This document shows, piece after piece, positions 35,856 through 45,664 of a stretch of 64,000 nt of DNA. This DNA comes from Sphingomonadales bacterium (GTDB lineage: Bacteria > Bacteroidota > Bacteroidia > NS11-12g > UBA955). The position numbers and the translations under genes are program-made. The notes under the pieces are model-generated. The model had not been told where the DNA came from. It was given only the letters and a program-made list of their open reading frames with translations, and searched no databases. Each line of letters begins with the position of its first letter. Within the stretch, counting starts at the first letter, position 1. The stretch is taken from assembly GCA_016872175.1 (NCBI GenBank), contig VHBA01000006.1:5042-69041 (forward strand). Direction: 5' to 3'.

Positions 35856-36710
35856 ATGAATAAACAGGAAAAAAACCGCATGACCGAAGAGTTCAAGGAT
35901 GTTTGGGATACAGCCGCAGGCTATACCTATGCTGAAGCTGCGCAAAATGCGGAGCAATGGGAAGCACTGCAGGCCAAAATTAGCAGCCGCAACCTGAGGG
36001 TGACACACAAACCGCTGCTTACACGCAAGTGGTTTCTGGCTGCTGCAACCGTAGCTCTGGTTGTTGGTTTTGCAGCTGTAATTTACAGCAATTTGGCAGG
36101 CGGACATGTGGAACCGCTGGTTGCCACCACCGGTGCTGGCGAGGTAAAAATACTCACCCTGCCCGACGGTTCTGAAGTAACCCTAAACAGCAACAGCCGA
36201 CTGGCGTATGATGCAGAGTTCAGTAATCACAATAGGCATATTACCCTATCTGGGCAGGCACATTTTGAGGTGAAAAAGAATGAGTTGCTGCCATTTGTGG
36301 TTCAAAGCGCACATGTGAATGTGACGGTGTTGGGCACAGGTTTTAATGTAACGGATTATAATGCCGAAGATCCTTCCGTGGAAGTTTCGCATGGTCGTGT
36401 GCAGGTGGATGCCGAAGGGCAACGCACCACGCTTACCAAAAATATGATGGCCCGTGTGAAAAACGGCAAGCTTTTCAGCAGTGCAGCGGATGCTGCTTGC
36501 AGGTGGAATGAGGGTAAACTGATTTTTAATAATGCTCAACTCAGTGAAATATCTGTAGTGATGAAAAACCGCTTTGGCAAAGGGCTGGTGTGGCAGAATG
36601 CCGCTGATAAAAACCGGGTATTTACCGGCAGTTTCGAGCCCGGAACATCTCCGCAATTCATCCTGAATACGCTGAATACGGCGCTGGGATTGAAGATGAC
36701 TCTGGAGTAA
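35856..36710 (+). CDS. FecR family protein (TM + FecR domain + DUF4974-like C-terminus)
   Basis: TM WFLAAATVALVVGFAAVIY. LPDGSEVTLNSNSRLAY...LSGQAHFEV...VNVTVLGTGFNV. C-terminal GKLIFNNAQLSEISVVMKNRFG. Confidence 0.8.
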   Translation: MNKQEKNRMTEEFKDVWDTAAGYTYAEAAQNAEQWEALQAKISSRNLRVTHKPLLTRKWFLAAATVALVVGFAAVIYSNLAGGHVEPLVATTGAGEVKILTLPDGSEVTLNSNSRLAYDAEFSNHNRHITLSGQAHFEVKKNELLPFVVQSAHVNVTVLGTGFNVTDYNAEDPSVEVSHGRVQVDAEGQRTTLTKNMMARVKNGKLFSSAADAACRWNEGKLIFNNAQLSEISVVMKNRFGKGLVWQNAADKNRVFTGSFEPGTSPQFILNTLNTALGLKMTLE

Positions 36711-36750
36711 TTCAGGCCGTTTATGTGATCCCTCCGGGTTCGGAAGGCGG

Positions 36751-36777
36751 TTTGACAACTTTCCAAAAGTTGTCAAA
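36751..36777. promoter_or_regulatory. perfect 12-bp inverted repeat TTTGACAACTTT-CCA-AAAGTTGTCAAA
   Basis: Read directly. Lies 40 nt after the FecR stop and about 85 nt upstream of the next gene. No adjacent U-tract, so it is either an operator or a weak hairpin. Confidence 0.5.
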
Positions 36778-36863
36778 TCTGACCGAAGGGCTGACTGCTT
36801 TTTTACCGTGCAAAGACAACACCACACGCTGTCATGGCGTCTAAACCTATATCTTTGTATTGA

Positions 36864-39854
36864 GTGCAGTGGCGCCTTTTCATATTATTTGGGTTTTTGC
36901 TTTCCGCAACAGGCCTGCAATCGCAGTCAGCACTGTATTTCACGCCCAACGAAGGACAATGGAATGAACCCATTGTGGCCAAAGCCGTTTTTAAAGGCGG
37001 AGCCATTTTTATTGAAAAAAATGGGTTCAGCATTAAAATGCTGCACAAAGACGATTTGCCTAATGTGCACAAAGCCTTTCACTACAGGGGTTTGGACACC
37101 CAGTTTGCACTGCGCGGTCATGTAATTAAAGTTCGCTTTTCAGGGTGTAATACTTCAGAAAAGATCACCACGGAACAAAGCGGCGAAGCCCCGTATTACG
37201 AAAATTATTTTTTGGGTAATAACCCTGCTCAATGGCGCACAGAGGTTTATCCGGTCAATCGAATTAAACTAAAAAATGTTTACCCGGGTATTGATTTTAT
37301 TGTGTATTCACGGGGTGAAGAAATAGAATTTGACTGGCTGGTAAATCCAGGTGCAGATCCGTCGCGCATTAAATTGGAAATGCAGGGGCAAAACCAAATG
37401 TCATTGGTTGAAAATGCGGCCGTTTGCGAAACATCTGTCGGCAATTTTACATTAAAAAAACCTTTGGCCTTTCAGGGCGAAAAGCCTGTGGAATGCACTT
37501 TCAGGCAAGAACAAAACACCTTGTCATTTGTGCAGGGAGCTTATGATAAAAGCAAGCCCCTGATTATTGATCCGGTGCTGGTTTTCAGTACCTATTCAGG
37601 TTCGCGTGGCGATAACTTTGGTTTTACGGCCACCTACGATTCTACCGGCCATTTGTATGCAGGCGGCATTGTAGACACGGATATGGGGGCTTATCCGGTT
37701 ACCTCGGGTGCATTTCAGACGGTTTATGGTGGCAGTGGGCCAGCTGATGCCCCTGTTTATCTTCCCTGCGATGTGGCCATCTCTAAGTACACACCCAATG
37801 GCAACAACCTCGTATACGCCAGCTACCTGGGAGGCAGCAGCAATGAGTATCCCCACAGTTTGTGCATTGATGAAAAAAACAACCTGCTGGTACTAGGCAC
37901 AACTTTGTCTACCGACTTTCCTGTTTCAGGCGGTGCTTTTGACAAAACCCACAACGGCAACCACGATTTGTACGTGGCCAAAATCAGCACTGATGGAACA
38001 ACCCTCATGGGAAGCACATACCTTGGAGGCTCGGGAAATGACGGCATCAATACAGGCGCACTGCACTACAATTATGCCGACGATTTTAGAGGAGATGTAT
38101 TGGCCGACGGAAAGGGCAACATCTTTGCCGCAACCTGCACCCGCTCGAACAATTTTCCGGTACAGCGTGCTGCCTACGGAACAGCCAAAGGCGGTCTGGA
38201 TGCCGTGGTGTTTTCACTAAACGGAAATCTGAGCGGCCTGCGCTGGAGTACCTATCTTGGCGGAACCAGCGATGATGCAGCATATTCTGTGAAACTAGAT
38301 GACAGCAGCAATTTATTTGTGGGCGGCGGAACCGTAAGCAGCAGTTTTCCCATCGTGGGCAATACCTACAAAACAACCTATCAGGGTGGGGGAGCCGATG
38401 GTTTCGTGGTGAAAATGAACCCGGATACGGGTTCCGTCCTGCGAAGCACATTTTGGGGTACCCTGGCTTATGAGCAGATTTATTTTCTGGATTACGACCC
38501 CGAGCAAAACATCTACATCAACGGACAAACAGAGGGGCGTATTACCCGCAGTGCCGGGAAGTACGGCAAGGACAATACTACCCAGTTTATCGGAAAACTC
38601 AGCAACGATTTGGGTTCGCAGATATGGGTAACCACCTTTGGCAACCGCTCCGGCACGCCGGAATTAAGTCCCTGTGCGTTTATGGTAGATAAGTGCTATA
38701 ATATCTATTTCAGCGGCTGGGGAAGCAATGTGGGTGTGGGAAATGCAGGAACCACTGCAGGCTTGCCACTTACCCCTGATGCCATGCAAAAAACCACAGA
38801 CGATGCTGATTTTTACTTGCTCGCCCTCAGCAAGGACGCTACCAACGTGCTGTATGCAACCTATTTTGGCGGCAACCAGAGCGAAGACCACGTGGATGGC
38901 GGAACCAGCCGTTTCGACAAGCGAGGTGTAATATATCAGTCGGTGTGTGCCAGCTGTCCCAACAATCCGCCCGGACTTAATGATTTCCCCACCACCTCAG
39001 GCTCGGCTTTTCCTACCAACGTAAGTTACCGTTGTAGCAACGCCAGTTTCAAACTTGAGTTCAGGGTTTCTTATGCCATCACTTCACCGTTTACAGCCAC
39101 ACCCAATCCGGTATGTATGCCCAAACCCATTCAGTTTACCGTTACCACGCCGGGTGTGCGTTCCAAATACTATTGGGATTTTGGCGATGGCAAAACCGAT
39201 ACCGTACTCGATCCGAAGCACGCCTATGCCAAACCCGGTAAATACCGCGTAAAACTGCAGATGGTGGATTCCTCCTCCTGCAACAAGCTGGATAGTTTTC
39301 AGCTGGATGTGGAAGTGCTGGAAACTCCGCTGGCATTGCTTACTTCAGAGTCAGAACCATGTTCTACCGAATGGAAATTCAGGGTTGAGGGGCAGGGCCT
39401 CGGCAATCCATACTGGGATTTTGGCGATAGCACCAATACCAATGGCCTGGATGTAACCCACAAATACGGCCCCGGAATTTATCAATTGAATGTATATATA
39501 ACCCACCCAACCTCAGGTTGCAAAGACACCCTTAAAAAGCGCATTTCCATTAATGCTGACAGTTTGCAGGATATTCGTTTGGCGAATGTGTTTACCCCAA
39601 ATCAGGATGGTAAAAATGATTGCTACAAGGTGGTGGGGCTCAATAAAAATTGCAATACCGGTAACCTGAAAATCTTTAACCGCTGGGGCGAACGTATTTT
39701 CTACAGCGATAACCTAGAAGCCTGTTGGGATGGAACAGTCGACAATAACAAGGTCTGGCTGCCCGAAGGAACCTATTTCTACCAGATTATGCTGAAAGGC
39801 AAAAATGGCAAGAAGGATAAGGTTATCAGCGGTTCGGTGAACCTGATACGGTAA
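36864..39854 (+). CDS. secreted beta-propeller-repeat (SBBP-like) / PKD protein with T9SS type-B C-terminal domain
   Basis: Signal peptide. Repeated YLGGS..D motifs (SBBP-like). Two PKD modules (YWDFGDGKTDTVLDPKHAY, YWDFGDSTNTNGLDVTHKY). CTD LANVFTPNQDGKNDCY...IFNRWGERIFY...WDGTV...PEGTYFYQI. GTG start. Confidence 0.8.
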   Translation: MQWRLFILFGFLLSATGLQSQSALYFTPNEGQWNEPIVAKAVFKGGAIFIEKNGFSIKMLHKDDLPNVHKAFHYRGLDTQFALRGHVIKVRFSGCNTSEKITTEQSGEAPYYENYFLGNNPAQWRTEVYPVNRIKLKNVYPGIDFIVYSRGEEIEFDWLVNPGADPSRIKLEMQGQNQMSLVENAAVCETSVGNFTLKKPLAFQGEKPVECTFRQEQNTLSFVQGAYDKSKPLIIDPVLVFSTYSGSRGDNFGFTATYDSTGHLYAGGIVDTDMGAYPVTSGAFQTVYGGSGPADAPVYLPCDVAISKYTPNGNNLVYASYLGGSSNEYPHSLCIDEKNNLLVLGTTLSTDFPVSGGAFDKTHNGNHDLYVAKISTDGTTLMGSTYLGGSGNDGINTGALHYNYADDFRGDVLADGKGNIFAATCTRSNNFPVQRAAYGTAKGGLDAVVFSLNGNLSGLRWSTYLGGTSDDAAYSVKLDDSSNLFVGGGTVSSSFPIVGNTYKTTYQGGGADGFVVKMNPDTGSVLRSTFWGTLAYEQIYFLDYDPEQNIYINGQTEGRITRSAGKYGKDNTTQFIGKLSNDLGSQIWVTTFGNRSGTPELSPCAFMVDKCYNIYFSGWGSNVGVGNAGTTAGLPLTPDAMQKTTDDADFYLLALSKDATNVLYATYFGGNQSEDHVDGGTSRFDKRGVIYQSVCASCPNNPPGLNDFPTTSGSAFPTNVSYRCSNASFKLEFRVSYAITSPFTATPNPVCMPKPIQFTVTTPGVRSKYYWDFGDGKTDTVLDPKHAYAKPGKYRVKLQMVDSSSCNKLDSFQLDVEVLETPLALLTSESEPCSTEWKFRVEGQGLGNPYWDFGDSTNTNGLDVTHKYGPGIYQLNVYITHPTSGCKDTLKKRISINADSLQDIRLANVFTPNQDGKNDCYKVVGLNKNCNTGNLKIFNRWGERIFYSDNLEACWDGTVDNNKVWLPEGTYFYQIMLKGKNGKKDKVISGSVNLIR

Positions 39855-39857
39855 ACC

Positions 39858-40739
39858 TTACTGAAATCCTTCTGTTTCGGTTTCAGGAGCAATCTTTTTC
39901 ACCAGGCCCTGCAATACCTTGCCGGGACCTACTTCGGTAAACAGGGTAGCTCCATCGGCCCACATGGCCTGAACGCTTTGGGTCCATCTAACGGGCGCGG
40001 TGAGCTGTGCCACCAGGTTTTTGCGGATGCTCTCTTTATTGGTAACAGCCGAAGCGGTTACGTTCTGATAAACCGGGCATGAGGGTTCGCCGAAAGGTGT
40101 ATTTTCTATGGCTTTGGCAAGTTTTTCACGTGCGGGTTCCATCAGCGGGCTGTGGAAGGCACCACCCACGGGCAATACCAGTGCGCGCTTGGCTCCGGCG
40201 GCTTTCAGGGCTTCGCAGGCTTCGTTTACGGCCTCGACGCTGCCTGAAATCACCAGTTGTCCGGGACAGTTGTAGTTGGCAGGAACCACGATGCCATTAA
40301 TGCCGGCACATATTTCTTCTACTTTGTCGTCTTCCAGTGCAAGCACAGCCGCCATGGTAGAGGGTTGCAGCTCACAGGCTTCCTGCATGGCCATGGCGCG
40401 TTGGTAAACGAGTTTAAGGCCATCTTCGAATGACAGGGTTTCGTTGGCCACCAGCGCACTGAATTCACCGAGGGAGTGGCCCGCCACCATATCGGGGTGG
40501 AAGTTGTCCAGCATGCGTGCACGGATAACGCTGTGCAGGAATATGGCGGGTTGGGTAACGCGGGTTTGTTTCAGGTCTTCGTCGGTGCCTGCAAACATGA
40601 GGTCGGTGATGCGAAAACCCAGGATATCGTTGGCCTGTTCAAAGAGGGCCTTTGCCTTGGGGGCGTTGTCGTAGAGGTCTTTTCCCATGCCCACGAACTG
40701 GCTGCCCTGGCCGGGAAATACATAAGCGTGTTTAGCCAT
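39858..40739 (-). CDS. fabD: ACP S-malonyltransferase
   Basis: YVFPGQGSQFVGMGKDLYD and GHSLGEFSAL active-site motifs. 293 aa. Confidence 0.93.
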   Translation of the reverse strand: MAKHAYVFPGQGSQFVGMGKDLYDNAPKAKALFEQANDILGFRITDLMFAGTDEDLKQTRVTQPAIFLHSVIRARMLDNFHPDMVAGHSLGEFSALVANETLSFEDGLKLVYQRAMAMQEACELQPSTMAAVLALEDDKVEEICAGINGIVVPANYNCPGQLVISGSVEAVNEACEALKAAGAKRALVLPVGGAFHSPLMEPAREKLAKAIENTPFGEPSCPVYQNVTASAVTNKESIRKNLVAQLTAPVRWTQSVQAMWADGATLFTEVGPGKVLQGLVKKIAPETETEGFQ

Positions 40740-40857
40740 GGAGCAAAGTTAGGCAAGGAAAAGCGGCAGATACAAAGAGATGTTATTCACATGGCCTTTA
40801 GTTTCAAATATACAAAATTCCCGTCAAAAAAACAAAAAAATCGGCGTAGCCACGCAC

Positions 40858-42744
40858 TCACATTTCACTCAGTTCCAGCCAGCGCATACCCTTTTCATCC
40901 AGGTCTGCTTTCAGTTTTTCCAACTCGGCGGTGAGTTTTACTATTTGTTCGTAGTCGTCAAATTTGGTTGCCAGTTCCTGCTCTATTTCTGTCTTGCGGG
41001 CTTCCATCTGGGGTAGCTCCTTTTCCAGTTGCTCCAGCTCAAATTTTTCCTTGAATGACAACTTGCGTTTCTCGGCTGCCTCCGGTGCTTTTTCAGTTAC
41101 AGGGGTTTCTACGGGCTTGGGTGCCGACTGCATTTCTTCCTGCAGCTCTTTCCACTCGCGGTAATCGCTGTAGCTGCGCGGAAAATCGCGGATGATGCCG
41201 TTGCCCTCGAAGACAAACAAATGGTCCACGACCTTGTCCATAAAGTAACGGTCGTGGCTTACCACGATGGCGCAACCCTGGTAATCGAGCAGAAACTGTT
41301 CCAGCACGCCCAGTGTTTCGATATCAAGGTCGTTGGTGGGTTCGTCCAGAATCAGAAAATTCGGGGCTTTCATCAGGATGCTCATCAAAAACAGGCGCCG
41401 TTTTTCGCCACCGGAGAGCTTGGATACGAAATCCCATTGTTTATCATAGGAAAACCCAAATCGCAGTAAGAGTTGTGAGGCTGTGAGTTTATGGCTATTG
41501 GCCATGGGAATCCATTCGGCCACATCGCGCACCACGTCTATCACTTTTTTGTGGTCATCCACCTTAAAGGTTTGCTGGCTGAAGTACCCAAACACCATAG
41601 TATCGCCGGTTATGATCTTACCGGAATCGGGCGTTTCGAGGTCCATGATCATGTTCAGCAGGGTGGATTTGCCCACGCCATTGGGCCCTACAATGCCCAC
41701 TTTTTCGCCACGGCGGAAGATGTAGTTGAAATCATCCAGAATTTTCAGGTCACCAAAGGCCTTTTTTACATGGTGCAGTTCAAGGATTTTGGCGCCCAGC
41801 CGCTCCATGCGCATGGTGATGTTCAGTTCGTTTTTGTGTTTTACGCCCTTAAGCTTTTCCTGCAGGTCGTCGAATGAATCTATGCGGCTTTTGCTTTTGG
41901 TGGTGCGGGCTTTGGGCATGCGTCGCACCCAGTCGAGTTCGCGGCGAAAGAGGTTTCGGTCTTTTTCGGCCTCGCTGGCGGCCACTTCCTCGCGGTGGGC
42001 CTTGTTTTCCACGAAATAACTATAGTTGCCCTTGTAGTGGTATATCTGTCCGCTATCCAGCTCTATGATGCGTTCGCAGATGCGGTCCAGGAAGTAGCGG
42101 TCGTGGGTTACCAGCAGCAGGGTGATATCACGGCGGGTGAGGTATTCTTCCAGCCACTCAATCATGTCCAGATCCAGGTGGTTGGTGGGTTCGTCGAGTA
42201 TGAGCAAATCGGGCTCACTGATGAGGATGCGTGCCAGTGCCACCCGTTTTTTCTGTCCGCCGCTAAGCGAGGCCGCGGCTTGTCCCACATCGCGAATTTT
42301 CAGCTGGTTGAGAATCTGTTTCACCCGGTATTCATAATCCCAGGCACCCAGGCGGTTCATGGTTTCGGTGGCGGTTTGCAGGGCCTGCAGGGCGGCATCG
42401 CCGGGTTTTTCTTCCTGAGATGACAGGGCCTTTTCATAGTCGGCCACTGCACGGGTTACCGGGGTTTGCTGCAGCAGCACATTTTCCAGAATGTTTTGAG
42501 CGGGGTTGAGTTCGGGTTCCTGGGGCAAAAACCCCACGGTGATGTCCTTGCGCAGGATGGCTTGTCCGGAATCGGGGCTTTCCTGCCCGCTGATGATGCT
42601 GAGCAGGGTGCTTTTGCCTTGTCCGTTTCCGGCCACAAGTGCTACTTTTTCGCCCTTGGCAATGCCAAAGGAAATGCCCGACAGCACGGGCCTGTCATGC
42701 CAGGTTTTGGATATGTTTTCGATGGACAGGTAATTGGTTCCCAC
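40858..42744 (-). CDS. ABC-F family ATPase (Uup-like, two ABC domains plus C-terminal coiled coil)
   Basis: Two Walker A sites (GNGQGKST, GPNGVGKST), two signatures (LSGGQKKR, LSGGEKRR), no TM domain, and a Glu/Lys-rich helical tail. Confidence 0.88.
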   Translation of the reverse strand: MGTNYLSIENISKTWHDRPVLSGISFGIAKGEKVALVAGNGQGKSTLLSIISGQESPDSGQAILRKDITVGFLPQEPELNPAQNILENVLLQQTPVTRAVADYEKALSSQEEKPGDAALQALQTATETMNRLGAWDYEYRVKQILNQLKIRDVGQAAASLSGGQKKRVALARILISEPDLLILDEPTNHLDLDMIEWLEEYLTRRDITLLLVTHDRYFLDRICERIIELDSGQIYHYKGNYSYFVENKAHREEVAASEAEKDRNLFRRELDWVRRMPKARTTKSKSRIDSFDDLQEKLKGVKHKNELNITMRMERLGAKILELHHVKKAFGDLKILDDFNYIFRRGEKVGIVGPNGVGKSTLLNMIMDLETPDSGKIITGDTMVFGYFSQQTFKVDDHKKVIDVVRDVAEWIPMANSHKLTASQLLLRFGFSYDKQWDFVSKLSGGEKRRLFLMSILMKAPNFLILDEPTNDLDIETLGVLEQFLLDYQGCAIVVSHDRYFMDKVVDHLFVFEGNGIIRDFPRSYSDYREWKELQEEMQSAPKPVETPVTEKAPEAAEKRKLSFKEKFELEQLEKELPQMEARKTEIEQELATKFDDYEQIVKLTAELEKLKADLDEKGMRWLELSEM

Positions 42745-42829
42745 AATGCTTGCTTACAACCCTGCAAAAGTAACCCCAATCGAAAGGTTTTGTGTCTGAA
42801 TGTTTGTGGAAATCAATGTCAGGCAACTC

Positions 42830-43963
42830 TTATCCCGGCAACTCTTCCCTGCCGTCGGCATGCAAAGCAAAGCGGCCTTTGCTGCGGTCGTGTACCTGCC
42901 CGGTTTTGGGCCAGGGCCAGCCGCCAAATTGCGTGGCATGGTAATCCTGAAAGGCCTGGTAAATTTCATCTTTGGTGTTCATCACAAACGGACCATACTG
43001 AATTACGGGCTCTGCAATGGGTTTGCCCTGCAGTATCAGAATTTTGGCGGCTTTGGGGCCATTTTGTATGGTAATGTCTGTGCGTGCATCCACTTCGGCA
43101 CCATGGTAGGCCTTCAGTTCATAGCCCGCCAGGGTTAGCGTTTCTCCCTCATAAAAATACAACATGCGGTTAATGCCATCGCCGGCGGCGGGTAGGGTAA
43201 ATGTTGCATTTTCCTCCATGCTGATGTTCCAAATGGCAACTTGGTTTTCGGGGATGCCGGCCCAAGAGTCGGGCGGGGGTGTTGGGGCTGTTTTATCGGC
43301 CAATCGGCCTGCAATCACTTCCACCATGGTGTTTTTATTTTGGCCATCAGTGTAGTTGTGACGTGGAATGGTATGGTTCCACAGCATTTTGAAGTGTGGT
43401 TCCACCATTTTGTTTCTTTTGGGCAGGTTCAGCCAAATTTGAAACAGTTCCATGGTGTTGTCTTTGTCCGGGTGAACAAGGGGGAACATTTCGGAGTGTT
43501 GTACGCCTTTGCCGGCAGTCATCCATTGCACATCGCCATCGCCGTAGCGGCCTGCAGCGCCCAGTGAATCGGCGTGATCCACCAATCCGCGGCGCACCAC
43601 GGTCACCGTTTCAAAACCACGGTGGGGATGGCCGGGAAAGCCTGGAACTGTATCACCGTGATACATGCGCCATCCGTCTTTGATGATGAAATCATCGCCA
43701 ATGGAACGCCCTCTCAGCTGTTCGGGTGCGGGGCCCATTTGTTCGTTGCCGGCGGGAAAATAATCTTCGTGGTGAACACAAAACAAAAACGGGTCCAGGG
43801 TTTCCCACTGAAAGCCGAGTTCCATGCTGCGTTTGATGGGATTGCTCATTTCTTCTTCTTTTTTAAGGGCTTTGGCCACGGCCAGGGCGGGCAGTGCAGC
43901 CGCACCGGCTATTCCCAGTCCCAGACAGGTTAAAAAACTTCTGCGGGGTTCCTGTTTAGCCAT
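42830..43963 (-). CDS. pirin family protein with twin-arginine (Tat) signal peptide
   Basis: N-terminal PRRSFLTCLGLGIAGAAALPALAVA. Cupin motifs HPHRGFETVTVV and GDVQWMTAGKGVQHSE. Confidence 0.8.
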   Translation of the reverse strand: MAKQEPRRSFLTCLGLGIAGAAALPALAVAKALKKEEEMSNPIKRSMELGFQWETLDPFLFCVHHEDYFPAGNEQMGPAPEQLRGRSIGDDFIIKDGWRMYHGDTVPGFPGHPHRGFETVTVVRRGLVDHADSLGAAGRYGDGDVQWMTAGKGVQHSEMFPLVHPDKDNTMELFQIWLNLPKRNKMVEPHFKMLWNHTIPRHNYTDGQNKNTMVEVIAGRLADKTAPTPPPDSWAGIPENQVAIWNISMEENATFTLPAAGDGINRMLYFYEGETLTLAGYELKAYHGAEVDARTDITIQNGPKAAKILILQGKPIAEPVIQYGPFVMNTKDEIYQAFQDYHATQFGGWPWPKTGQVHDRSKGRFALHADGREELPG

Positions 43964-44017
43964 AATTTAGTGTTTTAACAAAGTTAGTAGAAGTTTGTTT
44001 AAACAACAAACGTTTTA

Positions 44018-45664
44018 TCAGGTTTGAATCACCCCCACATTGTAGGGTTTTACGGGTGCCTGCGAAGCGGCCTGAATGCCCATGCTGATCCAGGTGCGGG
44101 TTTGCAGCGGATCGATGATGGCATCCACCCACAGGCGTGAGGCGGCATAGTAAGGCGTGGTTTGGTTTTCGTAGCGCTGTGTGATCTTGTCCAGCAGGGC
44201 TTTTTTGGCTTCGGGGGTAATTTCCTCTCCTTTGGACTTTAAGCTCATTTCTTCAATCTGCAGCAGCACCTTAGCGGCCTGTTCACCACCCATTACGGCT
44301 ATTTTGGCCGAAGGCCAGGCCACAATCAGGCGGGGATCGTAAGCTTTGCCGCACATGGCGTAGTTGCCGGCACCGTAGCTGTTTCCCATGATGATGGTAA
44401 ATTTGGGAACGGTGCTGTTGCTCATGGCGTTCACCATTTTGGCTCCGTCCTTGATGATGCCGCCCTGTTCACTCCGGCTGCCTACCATAAATCCGGTCAC
44501 GTCTTGTAGAAATACCAGCGGAATATTTTTTTGGTTGCAGTTCATGATGAAGCGGGCGGCTTTGTCTGCGCTGTCGCTGTATATAACACCGCCAAACTGC
44601 ATTTCGGTGCTGCCTCCGGGTTTTTTGGCCTTGGCCAGCTCGCGGTTGTTGGCCACAATGCCCACCGCCCAGCCGTCTATGCGGGCATAGCCACAGATAA
44701 TGGTTTTGCCGTAATTTTCCTTGTATTGCTCAAACTCACTGTTGTCAACCAAGCGGTGAATGATTTCCAGCGTTTTATAAGGTTTGGCGCGGTCTGAGGG
44801 CAGAATTCCCCAGATGTCTTTGGGATTTTCTTTGGGTGCTGCGGCTTTCACGCGGCTAAATCCGGCATCGTGGGGTTTCCCCAGTTTGTCCATAATGTAG
44901 CGTATTCGATCCAGGCAGCTTTTGTCGTCGGGAAATTTATCGTCAATCACCCCGCTGATTTCACTTTGGGTAGTACCACCGCCCAAGGTTTCGTTGTCTA
45001 CATCCTCGCCAATGGCGGCTTTCACCAGGTAACTGCCGGCTAAGAAGATGGAGCCGGTTTTATCTACGATGAGGGCTTCATCGCTCATGATGGGCAGGTA
45101 GGCGCCACCGGCCACGCAGCTTCCCATCACAGCGGCAATCTGGGTGATGCCCATACTGCTCATAATGGCGTTGTTGCGGAATATGCGTCCGAAGTGTTCT
45201 TTATCGGGGAAAATTTCGTCCTGCATGGGCAGGTAAACCCCGGCGCTATCCACCAGATAGATAATGGGAAGGTGGTTTTCCATGGCAATTTCCTGGGCGC
45301 GCAGGTTTTTCTTTCCTGTGATGGGAAACCAGGCGCCGGCTTTCACGGTAGCGTCGTTTGCCACAATCATGCACTGCCGGCCCGAGACAAAGCCGAGCCC
45401 TGCTACCACACCGCCGGCAGGGCAGCCACCGTGTTCGGGGTACATCTCATACCCTGCAAACTCTCCAATTTCAATCCATTCAGAGTTTTTATCGCGCAGG
45501 TAATCGATGCGTTCGCGGCACAGCATTTTGCCTTTTTCCTTCTGTTTGGCAGCCGCTTTGGCCCCGCCACCCTGATGTATTACCGACAGTTTTTGTTTGA
45601 CTGCATCCCAGGCCTGTTGGTTCAGGTCTTCGTTTTTTGTGAATTCCAGATTGGTTGTTGCCAT
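44018..45664 (-). CDS. acyl-CoA carboxylase carboxyltransferase (beta) subunit, methylcrotonyl/propionyl-CoA carboxylase-like
   Basis: 548 aa. GGGAKAAAKQKEKGKMLCRERIDYL, MGSCVAGGAY and GNSYGAGNYAM motifs of the crotonase-fold CT family. Confidence 0.85.
   Translation of the reverse strand: MATTNLEFTKNEDLNQQAWDAVKQKLSVIHQGGGAKAAAKQKEKGKMLCRERIDYLRDKNSEWIEIGEFAGYEMYPEHGGCPAGGVVAGLGFVSGRQCMIVANDATVKAGAWFPITGKKNLRAQEIAMENHLPIIYLVDSAGVYLPMQDEIFPDKEHFGRIFRNNAIMSSMGITQIAAVMGSCVAGGAYLPIMSDEALIVDKTGSIFLAGSYLVKAAIGEDVDNETLGGGTTQSEISGVIDDKFPDDKSCLDRIRYIMDKLGKPHDAGFSRVKAAAPKENPKDIWGILPSDRAKPYKTLEIIHRLVDNSEFEQYKENYGKTIICGYARIDGWAVGIVANNRELAKAKKPGGSTEMQFGGVIYSDSADKAARFIMNCNQKNIPLVFLQDVTGFMVGSRSEQGGIIKDGAKMVNAMSNSTVPKFTIIMGNSYGAGNYAMCGKAYDPRLIVAWPSAKIAVMGGEQAAKVLLQIEEMSLKSKGEEITPEAKKALLDKITQRYENQTTPYYAASRLWVDAIIDPLQTRTWISMGIQAASQAPVKPYNVGVIQT

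Noticed and set aside
43993-44011. GTTTGTT-TAAAC-AACAAAC hairpin between the carboxyltransferase and pirin genes as a terminator or attenuator
   Set aside because: It has only a 7-bp AT-rich stem and no U-tract on the relevant (minus) strand. It is too weak to call.
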